Positions 30,744-41,207 of a DNA stretch of 64,000 bases are shown in pieces. The stretch's first letter is position 1. The number at the start of each line of letters is the position of its first letter. The notes under the pieces were generated by a model, which saw only the letters and a program-made list of their open reading frames with translations, had not been told where the DNA came from and ran no database searches. This stretch comes from Candidatus Multivoradales bacterium (lineage in GTDB: Bacteria > Acidobacteriota > Thermoanaerobaculia > Multivoradales > JAHEKO01), in assembly GCA_965223155.1 (NCBI GenBank), contig CBDCVR010000015.1:800001-864000 (forward strand), in the 5' to 3' direction. The translations under genes and the position numbers were made by a program.

Positions 30744-32003
30744 ATGCCATCAGTGCCTCGCCGCCATTCGTTCCGCCCCGGACCGACTTTCGCAATCCTG
30801 CTCCTAGCTGCAATGGTCTCGGCCGCCCCGGCTGACGCTCAGCAAGACCTGGGAAGCTGGACCCAGCTTTCATCGATGCCGTTCTCGAATGCCGAGTTCG
30901 GGAGTGCCACCATTGGCGGCAAGATCTATCTCGCGGGCGGCTTCGCCGAGGAAACGGCTCTGCTCGTCTATGACGTCGCGAGCGACTCCTTCAGTCGAGG
31001 TCCGGACCTGCCGGAGGGCAATCACCATCCAGGCGTCGCCACGGTCGGTGGACGCCTCTACGTCTTGGGCGGCCATGAGACCGAAGACCTGGTCCAGATC
31101 TACGATCCCGACACCGGCACCTGGAGTGAGGGCGCACACCTGCCGACTCCACGGCGGGCCTTCGCGACCGTGGTGCTGAGGGGCAAGATCCATGTCATCG
31201 GCGGTACCGACAACCCCAGTGGCGGCGGCGGCGGTCTCGCGGCTCACGAGGTCTACGACCCGGCGACCGATCGCTGGTCGGTGGCGGCACCGTTATTGGA
31301 AGCCCGAGAGCACGTGTACGGTGGCGCTATCGGGAGCAAGATCTATATCGCCGCCGGCCGCGTGGGCGTCTTCGTTCCCCAGGACGAGCTCCAGATCTAT
31401 GATCCGGTTCGGGACGAATGGACTCTGGGCCCGCCGCTGATCGAAGAGACCAGCGGCCATGCGGCGCAGGTGGTCGACGAACAGCTTTTCGTTTTCGGCG
31501 GCGAGCTGGTCTTCGCCGACCGGGTGCTGCGGCGAACGCAGCGCTATGATCCAGCGCTCCGCCGCTGGGACGAGCTCGCCCAGTTGCCGATGCCGCTCCA
31601 TGGCCTCGGCAGCGCGGTGCACCGAGGCTCGATCTATCTCTTCGGAGGCGCCACCGCGGTCGAGGCCGCCAGCACCGGCCAGAGCTCGGTCTGGAGATTC
31701 GACCCACCCAAGCGGCAGGTTGCCGAGGTGCCGCGCCGGCTCCGCGTCAAGGTCCGGTCTTCGAGAAAGGTTCTGCTTAAATGGAAGTTCCGGCACCGAC
31801 TCTCGGACGCCACCGGCATCGACATCCAGGCCCGCCGCGCCCGCGGACCGTTCCGCACGATCGCAACCCGGCCTGCTCGCGCGCGCAGGATCGTGCTCAC
31901 CGGGCTCGACGCCGGAGGTACCTACGCCTTCCGCGTGCGCGCCACCGGCCCCTCGGGCAAGGGTGCGCCGTCGAACACGGTCTCGGTCACCATGCCGGAC
32001 TGA
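30744..32003 (+). CDS. Secreted Kelch-repeat protein with C-terminal fibronectin type III domain
   Basis: Six GG...YDP...W Kelch repeats; LTGL...YAFRVRA...SN FN3 signature. Confidence 0.88.
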   Translation: MPSVPRRHSFRPGPTFAILLLAAMVSAAPADAQQDLGSWTQLSSMPFSNAEFGSATIGGKIYLAGGFAEETALLVYDVASDSFSRGPDLPEGNHHPGVATVGGRLYVLGGHETEDLVQIYDPDTGTWSEGAHLPTPRRAFATVVLRGKIHVIGGTDNPSGGGGGLAAHEVYDPATDRWSVAAPLLEAREHVYGGAIGSKIYIAAGRVGVFVPQDELQIYDPVRDEWTLGPPLIEETSGHAAQVVDEQLFVFGGELVFADRVLRRTQRYDPALRRWDELAQLPMPLHGLGSAVHRGSIYLFGGATAVEAASTGQSSVWRFDPPKRQVAEVPRRLRVKVRSSRKVLLKWKFRHRLSDATGIDIQARRARGPFRTIATRPARARRIVLTGLDAGGTYAFRVRATGPSGKGAPSNTVSVTMPD

Positions 32004-32152
32004 GACGGCCTGCGGCAGGTCGAAACCCAGCCGGCTTCTCGGGTTGCGTCAAGCGCGGCCTCCACGGCTAGAATTCCGCTGCGAGCCGATGCCTCGGTTC
32101 CCCCAACCCGATCCAGTCGACCGACCTCCAGACCGGCCCGGACCCAAATCCG

Positions 32153-33463
32153 ATGCACGACCCACCCGAGAATCGAGCCATCGCCAAAGCCTCGCCGGCG
32201 CTCGCCGCGCTGCTGTCACCCCTGGGTGAGCGGGTTGCCTTTCCTCCCGACATCCCGTTCCAGGCAGCACAGGCTCGCGGCAGGGAAATCGACGGCACCA
32301 TCGGCCAGATCACCGATGGAACCGGCGGGGTTGTGGCCCCGGCCTCGCTCACGGCCGGCTTGGACGCTCTTGAGACCGAAGCCCGCAACCGGGCGCTCTT
32401 GTACTCCCCGGTGGAGGGCCGGCCCGAAGTTCGCTCGGCGTGGCGCGATTGGCAGCGGAACCGGGGCGCTGAAGGCAAGCCGTCGTCTCTTCCGCTAGTA
32501 ACTGTGGGACTCACCCACGGCTTGTCGCTCGTTGCTGATCTCTTCGCAGGGCCCGGGCGCCTGGTCGCGGTCCCGGCGCCGTTCTGGGGCAACTACCGCC
32601 AGACCTTCTCGACGCGCACGGGCGCGATCGTGGTTTCCGCTCCAGCGTACCGCGACGGAAACTTCAACCCCCGCGCCATCAGCGAGGCGCTTGGAGATCT
32701 GCCGCCGGAGAAGGGCGCCATCGCCATCGTCAACCTACCCTCGAATCCGGGCGGTTACTCGGTCACGGACGAAGAACGGGCGAGCCTGGTCGAGTCCCTT
32801 CGCGGCGTGGCCCAAGAACGTCCTCTGCTCGTGGTCTGCGACGACGCCTACGCCGGGCTTGTCTACGAGGACGCCGTCTCGGATCGCTCGCTCTTCTGGG
32901 ACTTGATCGGCGTCGACGACAATCTAGTCCCGGTCAAGGTCGATGGCGCCACCAAGGAGCTGTCCTTCTTCGGCGGCCGGCTCGGCTTCTTGACCTTTCC
33001 GTTCGATCCGGAAACCGAGATCGCGGCCGCGCTCGAGAGCAAGGTCAAGTGCCTGACCCGGGCCGCCCTGGGCTCGCCGGCGGCGGTCACCCAGGTGCTC
33101 GTGCATCAGGCCCTGGCGTCCGGCCGGGCCGAGGCCGAGGTCGCCGCGATCCGTGACCGGCTCGGCCAGCGCTGCCGGATCTTGCAAGAGGCGCTCGCCG
33201 CCACCGATCCGGACTTGCTCCGGCCGATGCCGTGCAACTCGGGCTGTTTCGCTCTCATCGAGCTCGGTCCCGCGCCGGCCCGCGCCGGGATCGAGGCCGA
33301 CGCCGTCCGCCGCCACCTCCTGGACCGGCACGATACGGGCCTCATCTCGATCGGCTCGAGCTTTCTCCGCATTGCCTTCTGCTCGGTGCACCGAGACGCA
33401 TTGCCCGAGCTCGTTCGGCGCCTGGAGCAAGCCGTTCGTGAGCTCACCGACCCGGCGAAGTAG
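32153..33463 (+). CDS. PLP-dependent aminotransferase class I/II
   Basis: NLPSNPGG, DDAY, DGATKE...GRLGF, LRIAF. Confidence 0.88.
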   Translation: MHDPPENRAIAKASPALAALLSPLGERVAFPPDIPFQAAQARGREIDGTIGQITDGTGGVVAPASLTAGLDALETEARNRALLYSPVEGRPEVRSAWRDWQRNRGAEGKPSSLPLVTVGLTHGLSLVADLFAGPGRLVAVPAPFWGNYRQTFSTRTGAIVVSAPAYRDGNFNPRAISEALGDLPPEKGAIAIVNLPSNPGGYSVTDEERASLVESLRGVAQERPLLVVCDDAYAGLVYEDAVSDRSLFWDLIGVDDNLVPVKVDGATKELSFFGGRLGFLTFPFDPETEIAAALESKVKCLTRAALGSPAAVTQVLVHQALASGRAEAEVAAIRDRLGQRCRILQEALAATDPDLLRPMPCNSGCFALIELGPAPARAGIEADAVRRHLLDRHDTGLISIGSSFLRIAFCSVHRDALPELVRRLEQAVRELTDPAK

Positions 33464-33487
33464 GCGACCCATAGTAACTTAGACGGC

Positions 33488-33736
33488 GTGACCGCGAGCG
33501 ATCCCCAGCCCCGCGCTACTCCGGCCGATTCTCCGCCGCGCTCGGACTCGTTCGGGCCCTCGAGCAGGATGGCCTTGGCGGTCGCCGCCATCGTTCTCTT
33601 CGCCGTCCGCCACGACGTGTTCCTCGGAGATACGACCACCCTGGTCGCCGGCCTCCCGATCTCGCTCGTCTACCACCTCGCCTATTGCGTCTTGGTATCG
33701 GTGGTTCTGGCCCTGCTTCTTCGGGCCGGCCGATGA
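33488..33736 (+). CDS. DUF3311-like small membrane partner of the sodium:solute symporter
   Basis: Two TM segments, RHD...LVAGLP...YH; ATGA overlap with the SSS gene. Confidence 0.7.
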   Translation: MTASDPQPRATPADSPPRSDSFGPSSRMALAVAAIVLFAVRHDVFLGDTTTLVAGLPISLVYHLAYCVLVSVVLALLLRAGR

Positions 33737-35190
33737 CGCTGGCCATCATCTTCATTTACCTCGGCCTAGTCGTGGCCATCGGCCTCTTGAGCCAGCGCCT
33801 GCTGCGCTCGACCGGAGAGGACTACTTCCTCGCGTCCCGGACGATCGGACCGTTCCTGCTCCTGATGTCGCTTTTTGGCACGCACATGACCGCCTTTTCC
33901 CTCCTGGGCGCTTCGGGCGAGGCCTACCACCGGGGTATCGGCGTCTTCGCCCTCATGGCGTCGTCCTCGGCGCTGGTGGTGCCCTTCGCCATTCTGCTTC
34001 TGGCGCCCAAAGTTTGGCGCTTGGGCAGCATCCACGGCTATCGCACCCAAGTCGAGTTCTTTCGCGACCGCTGGGGCTCGGACGCTCTCGGGCTGTGCCT
34101 GTTCGCGGTTCTGGTCGGATTGCTGGTGCCGTATCTGCTGATCGGCATCAAGGGCGGCGGCATCACGCTCGCGGTCATCACCGGAGGCGACGTTCCCGAA
34201 TGGGCCGGCAGCGTTCTGATGTGTGTCGTGGTCTTCGGCTATGTCACCGCGGGCGGTCTTAGGGGTACCGCCTGGGTCAACGCGTTCCAGACTCTGGTCT
34301 TCATGCTGCTCGGTGCCGTGACCTTCGTACTCATCACGCGCTCGTTCGGCGGCGTGGGCGCGGCGATGGAGCGCCTCGCCCAGTCCTCGCCCCACCTTCT
34401 GGCCCGAGGCGGGCACATCCGCCCGCTGGAGCTCGTGACGTACGCCGCTATTCCGCTGTCGGTCGCCATGTTCCCGCACATCTTCATGCACTGGTTGACG
34501 GCCCGCCGCGCCCAAGCCTTTCGATTGCCGGTCGTGGCCTACCCGCTCTGCATCGCCATCGTGTGGCTGCCGAGCGTCGTTCTCGGCGTTCTGGGCACGC
34601 TCGACTTCCCGGGCCTCAAGGGCCCTGCGGCCAACAACGTCTTGGTCGAGATGATCGGTCTCTACGCGCCGGGCGCGATGGCCGGGCTCCTGGCTGCCGG
34701 CGTTTTCGCCGCGGTCATGTCGTCCCTCGATTCCCAGGTCCTGGCACTCAGCACGATGTTCACCCGCGACGTCGTCGAGCGCTACCTGCCCGGACGGTTG
34801 AACGAGAAGGCGACGGTAATGGCCGGGCGCTGCTTCGTCGCCGCGATCCTGGCGGTGACGCTGTTTCTGGCGCTTACCGTTGACCGCAGCTTGTTCCGCC
34901 TCGGCATCTGGTCTTTTAGCGGGTTCGCGGCGCTCGCCCCGATCATCGTGGCCGCCCTCTACTGGCGCCGGAGCACGGGCTCGGGTGCGTTCGGCTCGCT
35001 CGCCGCAACCGCGGCAACCTGGATCTACTTTTTTCAGAAGGGCTGGCAACAACCGGGCTACACCGTCGTAGGAAGCGGTGTGATGCCGGTCGCGGTCATG
35101 CTGGCCGTCTCGGCTGGAACCATGATCCTCGTGTCGCTCGCCACCCGCCCTCCGGAATCGGAACGGATCTCGAAATTCTTCTCCTCGTGA
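33733..35190 (+). CDS. Sodium:solute symporter family protein
   Basis: DYFLASR, GGLRGTAWVN, AAVMSSLDSQ; about 13 TM helices. Confidence 0.92.
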   Translation: MTLAIIFIYLGLVVAIGLLSQRLLRSTGEDYFLASRTIGPFLLLMSLFGTHMTAFSLLGASGEAYHRGIGVFALMASSSALVVPFAILLLAPKVWRLGSIHGYRTQVEFFRDRWGSDALGLCLFAVLVGLLVPYLLIGIKGGGITLAVITGGDVPEWAGSVLMCVVVFGYVTAGGLRGTAWVNAFQTLVFMLLGAVTFVLITRSFGGVGAAMERLAQSSPHLLARGGHIRPLELVTYAAIPLSVAMFPHIFMHWLTARRAQAFRLPVVAYPLCIAIVWLPSVVLGVLGTLDFPGLKGPAANNVLVEMIGLYAPGAMAGLLAAGVFAAVMSSLDSQVLALSTMFTRDVVERYLPGRLNEKATVMAGRCFVAAILAVTLFLALTVDRSLFRLGIWSFSGFAALAPIIVAALYWRRSTGSGAFGSLAATAATWIYFFQKGWQQPGYTVVGSGVMPVAVMLAVSAGTMILVSLATRPPESERISKFFSS

Positions 35191-35209
35191 GCCCCAGGAC
35201 GTCCCCGTC

Positions 35210-36607
35210 GTGAAGATCGCCTACATCGCCGCCGGCGCCGGCGGCATGTACTGCGGCTCGTGCATTCACGACAACACGGTGGCGGCGGCCCTTCAGGACC
35301 TCGGTCACGAGGTCGCGCTGTTGCCGACCTACACGCCGATGCGGACCGACGAGGCCAGCGTCAGCGAGAAGCGCGTCTTCTACGGCGCTCTCGGGGTGTA
35401 CCTGGAGCAGAAGAGCGCGTTCTTTCGCCGCCGGCATCGCGCTCTCGACTGGATTCTGAACCGTCCGGGTCTGCTCGAGTTCGTCGCGCGCTTCAGCGGC
35501 CGAACCGATGCCCGCGAGCTGGGCGAGCTGGCTCTTGGGGTGCTCCGCGGCGAGGCCGGGACGGCGACCAAGGAGCTCGACCAGCTCGTCGCGTTTCTGA
35601 AGCAGGACTTCCGTCCTGACCTCGTCCATGTCACGAATTCGCTCTTCCTGGGGCTGGTACGTCGCCTGCGATCGGAGCTTGGCGTTCCGGTGGTGGTTGC
35701 CGTCCAGGGCGAGGACCTGTTCCTCGACGAGTTGCCGGAAGCCTACCGCCATGAGGTCGTCGCCGAGATGCGCCGCCGCGCAGCGGACGTCAGTGCCTTC
35801 CTCGCCCCCAACCACTACTACGCCGGGCACATGGCCGAGCTCCTCGAGGTACCGGTGGATCGCATGACCGTCATTCCCCTCGGACTCAACCTGGACGGCC
35901 ACTCCGAGCCTCTGGAGCGGCCCGGCGACGACGCTCCCAGGACCGTCGGCTACCTGGCCCGGATCGCCCCGGAGAAGGGGCTGCACCATCTGGTCGAGGC
36001 CTTTCTGGAGCTGGCCCGCGATCCGGATCTGGAGGACGTCCGGCTGGCGGTCGCCGGCTACCTGGGGCCCAAGGACCGCTCCTACTACCTCGAGCTCGAG
36101 CGCAAGATCGCGGCCGCCGGACTCATCGACCGCTACGATTACGTCGGCGAGATCGACCGAGCCGCCAAGATCTCGTTCTTGCGATCCTTGGACGTCGTCG
36201 CGGTGCCGACCGTCTACCGGGAGGCCAAAGGGCTCTTCGCCCTCGAAGCCATGGCCAACGGCGTGCCGGTGGTGGTCCCCGATCACGGCGGCTTCCCGGA
36301 GATGCTCGCCGCCACCGGTGGCGGATGCCTGGTCGAACCCGGCTCACAGCGCGATCTCGCCGACACCGTGCGGCGGCTTCTGCGAGACCGGGACGAGCGA
36401 CGGGCTCTCGGCGATGCCGCGAGACAAGCCGTCCTGGAGCGGTTTGGCGCCGAGGCCATGGCCCGCGCCACCGCCGACTTCTACAAAGCTACGATCGCGC
36501 GGACGGCATCGAGTCGGCCATCAGGGGCGCCGGCCGGACCGGCCGCCGAGACCGCTCGGGAGCCCACGCGCGAACCGGCCGAACCAGCAGAGCCAGGGCC
36601 GCCGTAG
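35210..36607 (+). CDS. Glycosyltransferase family 4
   Basis: GYLARIAPEKGL, EAKGLFALEAMANGVPVV; N-terminal GAGGMYCGSC. Confidence 0.9.
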   Translation: MKIAYIAAGAGGMYCGSCIHDNTVAAALQDLGHEVALLPTYTPMRTDEASVSEKRVFYGALGVYLEQKSAFFRRRHRALDWILNRPGLLEFVARFSGRTDARELGELALGVLRGEAGTATKELDQLVAFLKQDFRPDLVHVTNSLFLGLVRRLRSELGVPVVVAVQGEDLFLDELPEAYRHEVVAEMRRRAADVSAFLAPNHYYAGHMAELLEVPVDRMTVIPLGLNLDGHSEPLERPGDDAPRTVGYLARIAPEKGLHHLVEAFLELARDPDLEDVRLAVAGYLGPKDRSYYLELERKIAAAGLIDRYDYVGEIDRAAKISFLRSLDVVAVPTVYREAKGLFALEAMANGVPVVVPDHGGFPEMLAATGGGCLVEPGSQRDLADTVRRLLRDRDERRALGDAARQAVLERFGAEAMARATADFYKATIARTASSRPSGAPAGPAAETAREPTREPAEPAEPGPP

Positions 36608-36630
36608 CGAGGATTGGATATCCTCGCGTC

Positions 36631-37059
36631 ATGACCGAGCCGGCCCGTTTCACCTACCGCCGCCGCATCGAGTTCGTGGACACCGACGTCTCGGGCATCG
36701 TCCACTTCTCGCGCTTTCTCGTGTTCATGGAGACCGCCGAGCACGAGCTTCTGCGTTCGCTCGGCACCAGCGTTCACCTCGAGAGCGGCGGCGACACCAT
36801 CGGCTGGCCGCGGGTGAACGCGACCTGCGACTACCTCGCGCCGCTCCGCTTCGGCGACGAGGTCGCCGTCGAAGTCCGGATTGCCCGCCAGGGCACCAAG
36901 TCCATGACCTACGCCTTCCGCTTCCTCCGCGACTGCGAGCGCGTCGCCGAGGGGCGGATGACCTCGGTCTGCTGCCGCCTGACCGAAGCCGGCCCCGAGC
37001 CCATCCCGATCCCGGACTTCTTCCTGGAGAAGCTGGCCGGGGCCGCCGCCCGCCCATGA
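36631..37059 (+). CDS. Acyl-CoA thioesterase (YbgC/4HBT hot-dog fold)
   Basis: IEFVDTDVSGIVHFSRF...E, YLAPLRFGD. Confidence 0.9.
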   Translation: MTEPARFTYRRRIEFVDTDVSGIVHFSRFLVFMETAEHELLRSLGTSVHLESGGDTIGWPRVNATCDYLAPLRFGDEVAVEVRIARQGTKSMTYAFRFLRDCERVAEGRMTSVCCRLTEAGPEPIPIPDFFLEKLAGAAARP

Positions 37060-37742
37060 GCGATCCGACGCCCGCCCTCGCCGTCCGCGGGCTGAGCAAG
37101 ACCTTCGTCAGCGGCGACTCCCGCGTCGAAGTTCTCCGGGACGCGTCACTCGGCCTCGACCGGGGTGAGTCGGCCGCGATCACCGGGCCTTCGGGCTCGG
37201 GCAAGAGCACTCTGCTCCATCTGATCGGCACCCTGGACGAGCCCACCTCGGGCTCGATCTCGATCGCCGGTGAGAACCCGTTCGAGCGGAGCGAGAGCGA
37301 TCTGGCCTACTTCCGGAACCGCGAGCTGGGCTTCGTCTTCCAGGAGAACCATCTCTTGCCCCAGTACACGGTCGAGGAAAACGTGCTGCTGCCCTCCCTG
37401 GCCTTTCCCTCGCCGCCGGGCGACGTCGCGGGCCGCGCCCGCGAGCTTCTCGGACGGGTCGGGCTCGGCCACCGCCTAGAGCACAAGGCCGCGCGGCTAT
37501 CGGGCGGGGAGCGCCAGCGGGCCGCGGTCGCCCGCGCCCTGATCCTGGAGCCCAAGATCCTGCTTTGCGACGAGCCTACCGGCAACCTGGACCGGGACAA
37601 CGCCGAAGCGGTGGCCGACCTTCTCCTGGAGCTCCATCGGGAGGCGGCAACCGTCCTGGTCGTGGTCACCCACGACCTCGAGCTCGCGGCGCGCTTCGAC
37701 CGGCGCTTCGAACTGGACGGCGGCATTCTCACCGAGGTCTGA
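37056..37742 (+). CDS. ABC transporter ATP-binding protein (LolD/MacB-like)
   Basis: GPSGSGKST, GFVFQ, LSGGERQR, DEPTGNLD. Confidence 0.93.
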   Translation: MSDPTPALAVRGLSKTFVSGDSRVEVLRDASLGLDRGESAAITGPSGSGKSTLLHLIGTLDEPTSGSISIAGENPFERSESDLAYFRNRELGFVFQENHLLPQYTVEENVLLPSLAFPSPPGDVAGRARELLGRVGLGHRLEHKAARLSGGERQRAAVARALILEPKILLCDEPTGNLDRDNAEAVADLLLELHREAATVLVVVTHDLELAARFDRRFELDGGILTEV

Positions 37743-37748
37743 AGACCG

Positions 37749-40700
37749 ATGCGGGCGAGCCTCCGGCATTACTGGCGCAGCCATCTGGCGGTAGCGCTGG
37801 GCGCCGCCACCGCCTCGGCAGTGCTGGCTGGAGCCCTCGTCGTCGGCGACTCCGTGCGAGCGAGCCTCCGCGGCCTCGTGTTAGATCGTTTGGGCTCGAT
37901 CGAGAGCGCCGTCCTGGCTCCGGGCTTCTTTCGCGAGGAGCTGGCCGAGGAGCTCGCCGGCGTCCCGATGCTGACCTTCCGGGGTGCCGCGACACGAGTT
38001 GCCTCCGGAGCGCGCGCCTCGAACGTTGCGATCTTCGGCGTCGATGCGAGCTTTGCCGAGCTCTTTCCCGAACCTTCTGCTTCGCCCGAGCCTTCTGTTT
38101 CGAAAGCTCCTGGCGACGCCTCGCTGCCATTTGACTTCGACCGCCGTCCCGGGCAGATCCTGGCTTCGGTCGTCGTCAACCAGACCCTGGCCGACGAGCT
38201 TGGAGTTGAGCTGGGCGACGACGTGGTCGTGGCTCTCGAACGGCCCGCCGAGATCCCACGCGAGACCGTGCTCGGCCGCGAAGCGGCCGCCGAGAGCGTC
38301 GAGAGCTTGCGGCTCCAGGTCTCGGCCGTCGTGCCCGATCGTGGGCCAGGGGGCTTTCGCTTTCACCCTCAGCAAACGGCGCCTAAGAACCTCTTCGTCG
38401 AACTCTCGCGCCTGCAACGGAATCTCTTCGGCAGGGAGCAGAATCGCCGGGCGAACGTCGCGCTTCTTCCGACCTCCGGTTCGAGCGCAGGCAACCCGGA
38501 TCTGACGACGCGGCTGGAGGAAGCCGCGCGGCTGGAGGATCTTTCGTTGTTTCTCGAGACCGGCGAGGGGCGAGCGCGGCTCATGAGCCGGCAGTTCGTC
38601 CTTTCCGATGCCGTGGTCGAAGAAGCGGCCGAGCTCGGACGGGAGCGGGGCCTTGTGGCCCAGCGGAGCTTGACCTACCTCGCCAACTCGCTCGAGACCG
38701 CGGCCGGCTCGGTGCCCTATTCCACGATCACGGCCCTCGAGACCCTGGACTCGGTCGAGATTCTCGCGCCCCTCGGTACGGATCCACCCTCCGCTCTGGC
38801 GGACGACGAAATTCTCATTGACGCCTGGTCGGCCGAGGATCTGGGCGCCGTGCCCGGTGAGACCGTACGTCTCACCTACTACGAGCTCGGTCCGCGCGAC
38901 GAGCTCACCGAGCGCACCGCTGAGTTCACTCTGCGCGGCGTGGTCGCCATGTCCGGCGCGGCGGTCGATTCCTCGCTGACGCCGGACTTTCCCGGCATGC
39001 AGGATGCCGACGACATCTCGGCCTGGGAACCGCCGTTCCCGGTGGATCTCGACCGCGTCCGCGATCGGGACGAGGACTATTGGGACAGCTTCGAGGCCGC
39101 TCCGAAGGCGTTCGTCTCGCTGGCGGCCGGCCGCGAGCTCTGGCGAAGCCGCTTCGGCCAGACCACCGCCCTCGATCTTTCGGGACCTGCTCCAGAGGTG
39201 GGCTCCAACGCCGCCCAACCGAAGCTCGACCGAGCGCTCGCCCGCCATCTCGTTCGCCACCTCGTTCGAAGAACCGCGCCGCTCGAGAACCGCGACCTGC
39301 GCCGGGAGGGCCTCGAAGCCGCCCGGGGAGCGACCGACTTCGCCGGTCTCTTTCTGGCCTTGAGCTTTTTTCTGATCGTGGCCGCGATCTTGCTGGCAGC
39401 GCTCCTCTTTCGGCTCGGACTCGAGCAGCGAGCGGCCGAGGTCGGGCTCCTGCGCGCCGTAGGCTTTCGCGAGCCCGCGGTCCGAAGGCGGTTTCTAAAG
39501 GAAGGCTTGGTGGTCGCCGCCGCCGGCTCGGCGCTCGGTCTGGCCGCCGCCGTCGCCTACGCCCGGATGATGCTGGCCGGGCTCTCGGGCTGGTGGCGGC
39601 CCGCGGTCGGCACCTCCGCGCTCGAACTCCACGTCACCACCCGATCCCTGGCCCTGGGCGGTTTCGTGGCGCTGGTTACCGTGGTCTTCGCCATCGCTTG
39701 GTCGCTCCGCCGGCTCAAGGCCGTTACCGTTCCCGCGCTCCTGAGCGGAGACGTCGAGCGCCCAGCTTCGCCCAGGACGAGCCGCCTACGCCGCTGGATC
39801 GCTGTCGCCGCCCTGACGGGAAGCGCGTATTTCGGGCTCCGCGCGGTCGCTGGCTCTTTGTCTCCGGCCCTCGACGCCTTGGCCTGTGGCGCGGGGCTCC
39901 TCATCGCCGGGATCGCCGGCTTTTCCGAGCTCGCCGCCGGCCGCGGCCGCCGCGGCTGGGGACCCGGAGGACGGCGACACGACCAGGCGCCGCAAGACGG
40001 CCGTTTTGCGGCAGAAGCCATGGGTGCCCGCAACAGCCGGCGCCATCCGGGACGAAGCCTCGCCAGCGTGGCGCTCGTGGCCACAGCCGTCTTCCTCTTG
40101 GTGGTCGTCGGTGCCAATCGTCGCGAGTTGGCGATTGACGCCGATTCCCGCGACTCGGGCGCCGGAGGATTTCGCTGGGTCGCGGAGTCGTCAACTCCGA
40201 TCTACGGCGACCTCTCCGACCCGACCGCCCTCGAAGAGCTCGGCCTCGACGCCGAGGACGCCGGGCTGGTCGCCGCGGCGTCGATCGTTCCGCTTCGCCG
40301 CTTGCTCGGCGAAGACGCCAGCTGTCTCAACCTCTACCGGCCGGAAAAGCCTACGCTCCTCGGCGTCCCGTCCGAGCTGGTCGCGCGGGGCGGATTCGCC
40401 TTCCAATCGCAACTCACCGCAGCGGACAATCCGTGGTCGTTGCTGGAAACGCGCTTTGCGCCCGTCGATGGAGAGCCCGTCGTCGCCGCCATCGGCGACG
40501 CCAACTCGGTCCAGTGGATTCTCCACTCGGGCCTCGGCAAGGACTTCGCGATCCGCAATCAACGCGGCCAGACAGTGCGCTTGCGCTTCGTAGCGCTGCT
40601 CAAGCGCAGCCTCTTTCAGAGCGAGCTCCTGGTCGCCGAGAGCGCGTTTCTCGAACACTTCCCGGGAGCCGGCGGTTACGGAACGTTCCTGGTCGAGGCG

Positions 40701-41207
40701 CCCCGAGACGATGCTCCGGATTTCGCCGAGGAGCTGCCGGTGGTTCTGGAGCGCTCGCTCGGCAGGTACGGCTTCGACGTCACCGGATCCGAGGCGAAGA
40801 TCCTCTCGTTTCTCGCCATCGAGAACACCTACATGGCGACCTTTCAGGCTCTGGGCGGCCTGGGGCTCATCCTGGGCACCCTGGGTCTGGGCATCGTTCT
40901 CCTCCGGAACGTCTTGGAGAGGCGCGGAGAGCTCGCCACGTTGCGCGCCTTGGGCTTTCGCCGGAGCCTCCTGGCGCGCATGGTGCTGGCCGAGAACGCG
41001 ACCCTCCTGGCGGCAGGCATCGGGATCGGTTCAATCGCGGGTCTGATCGCCGTCTTGCCGAATCTTCTGGCGGAGGGGCACGGGTTACCGATCGTCTCGC
41101 TCGCCGCCACCCTGGCAGCGGTTTTCACCGTCGGAATGCTGGCGAGCGGCTTCGCCGTGCGCACCACTCTCCGCGCGCCCCTGATCGCGGCGCTCAAGGG
41201 CGACTAG
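37749..41207 (+). CDS. Large duplicated FtsX-type ABC permease
   Basis: Two FtsX motifs (EQRAAEVGLLRAVGF; ERRGELATLRALGF) with large periplasmic domains. Confidence 0.9.
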   Translation: MRASLRHYWRSHLAVALGAATASAVLAGALVVGDSVRASLRGLVLDRLGSIESAVLAPGFFREELAEELAGVPMLTFRGAATRVASGARASNVAIFGVDASFAELFPEPSASPEPSVSKAPGDASLPFDFDRRPGQILASVVVNQTLADELGVELGDDVVVALERPAEIPRETVLGREAAAESVESLRLQVSAVVPDRGPGGFRFHPQQTAPKNLFVELSRLQRNLFGREQNRRANVALLPTSGSSAGNPDLTTRLEEAARLEDLSLFLETGEGRARLMSRQFVLSDAVVEEAAELGRERGLVAQRSLTYLANSLETAAGSVPYSTITALETLDSVEILAPLGTDPPSALADDEILIDAWSAEDLGAVPGETVRLTYYELGPRDELTERTAEFTLRGVVAMSGAAVDSSLTPDFPGMQDADDISAWEPPFPVDLDRVRDRDEDYWDSFEAAPKAFVSLAAGRELWRSRFGQTTALDLSGPAPEVGSNAAQPKLDRALARHLVRHLVRRTAPLENRDLRREGLEAARGATDFAGLFLALSFFLIVAAILLAALLFRLGLEQRAAEVGLLRAVGFREPAVRRRFLKEGLVVAAAGSALGLAAAVAYARMMLAGLSGWWRPAVGTSALELHVTTRSLALGGFVALVTVVFAIAWSLRRLKAVTVPALLSGDVERPASPRTSRLRRWIAVAALTGSAYFGLRAVAGSLSPALDALACGAGLLIAGIAGFSELAAGRGRRGWGPGGRRHDQAPQDGRFAAEAMGARNSRRHPGRSLASVALVATAVFLLVVVGANRRELAIDADSRDSGAGGFRWVAESSTPIYGDLSDPTALEELGLDAEDAGLVAAASIVPLRRLLGEDASCLNLYRPEKPTLLGVPSELVARGGFAFQSQLTAADNPWSLLETRFAPVDGEPVVAAIGDANSVQWILHSGLGKDFAIRNQRGQTVRLRFVALLKRSLFQSELLVAESAFLEHFPGAGGYGTFLVEAPRDDAPDFAEELPVVLERSLGRYGFDVTGSEAKILSFLAIENTYMATFQALGGLGLILGTLGLGIVLLRNVLERRGELATLRALGFRRSLLARMVLAENATLLAAGIGIGSIAGLIAVLPNLLAEGHGLPIVSLAATLAAVFTVGMLASGFAVRTTLRAPLIAALKGD

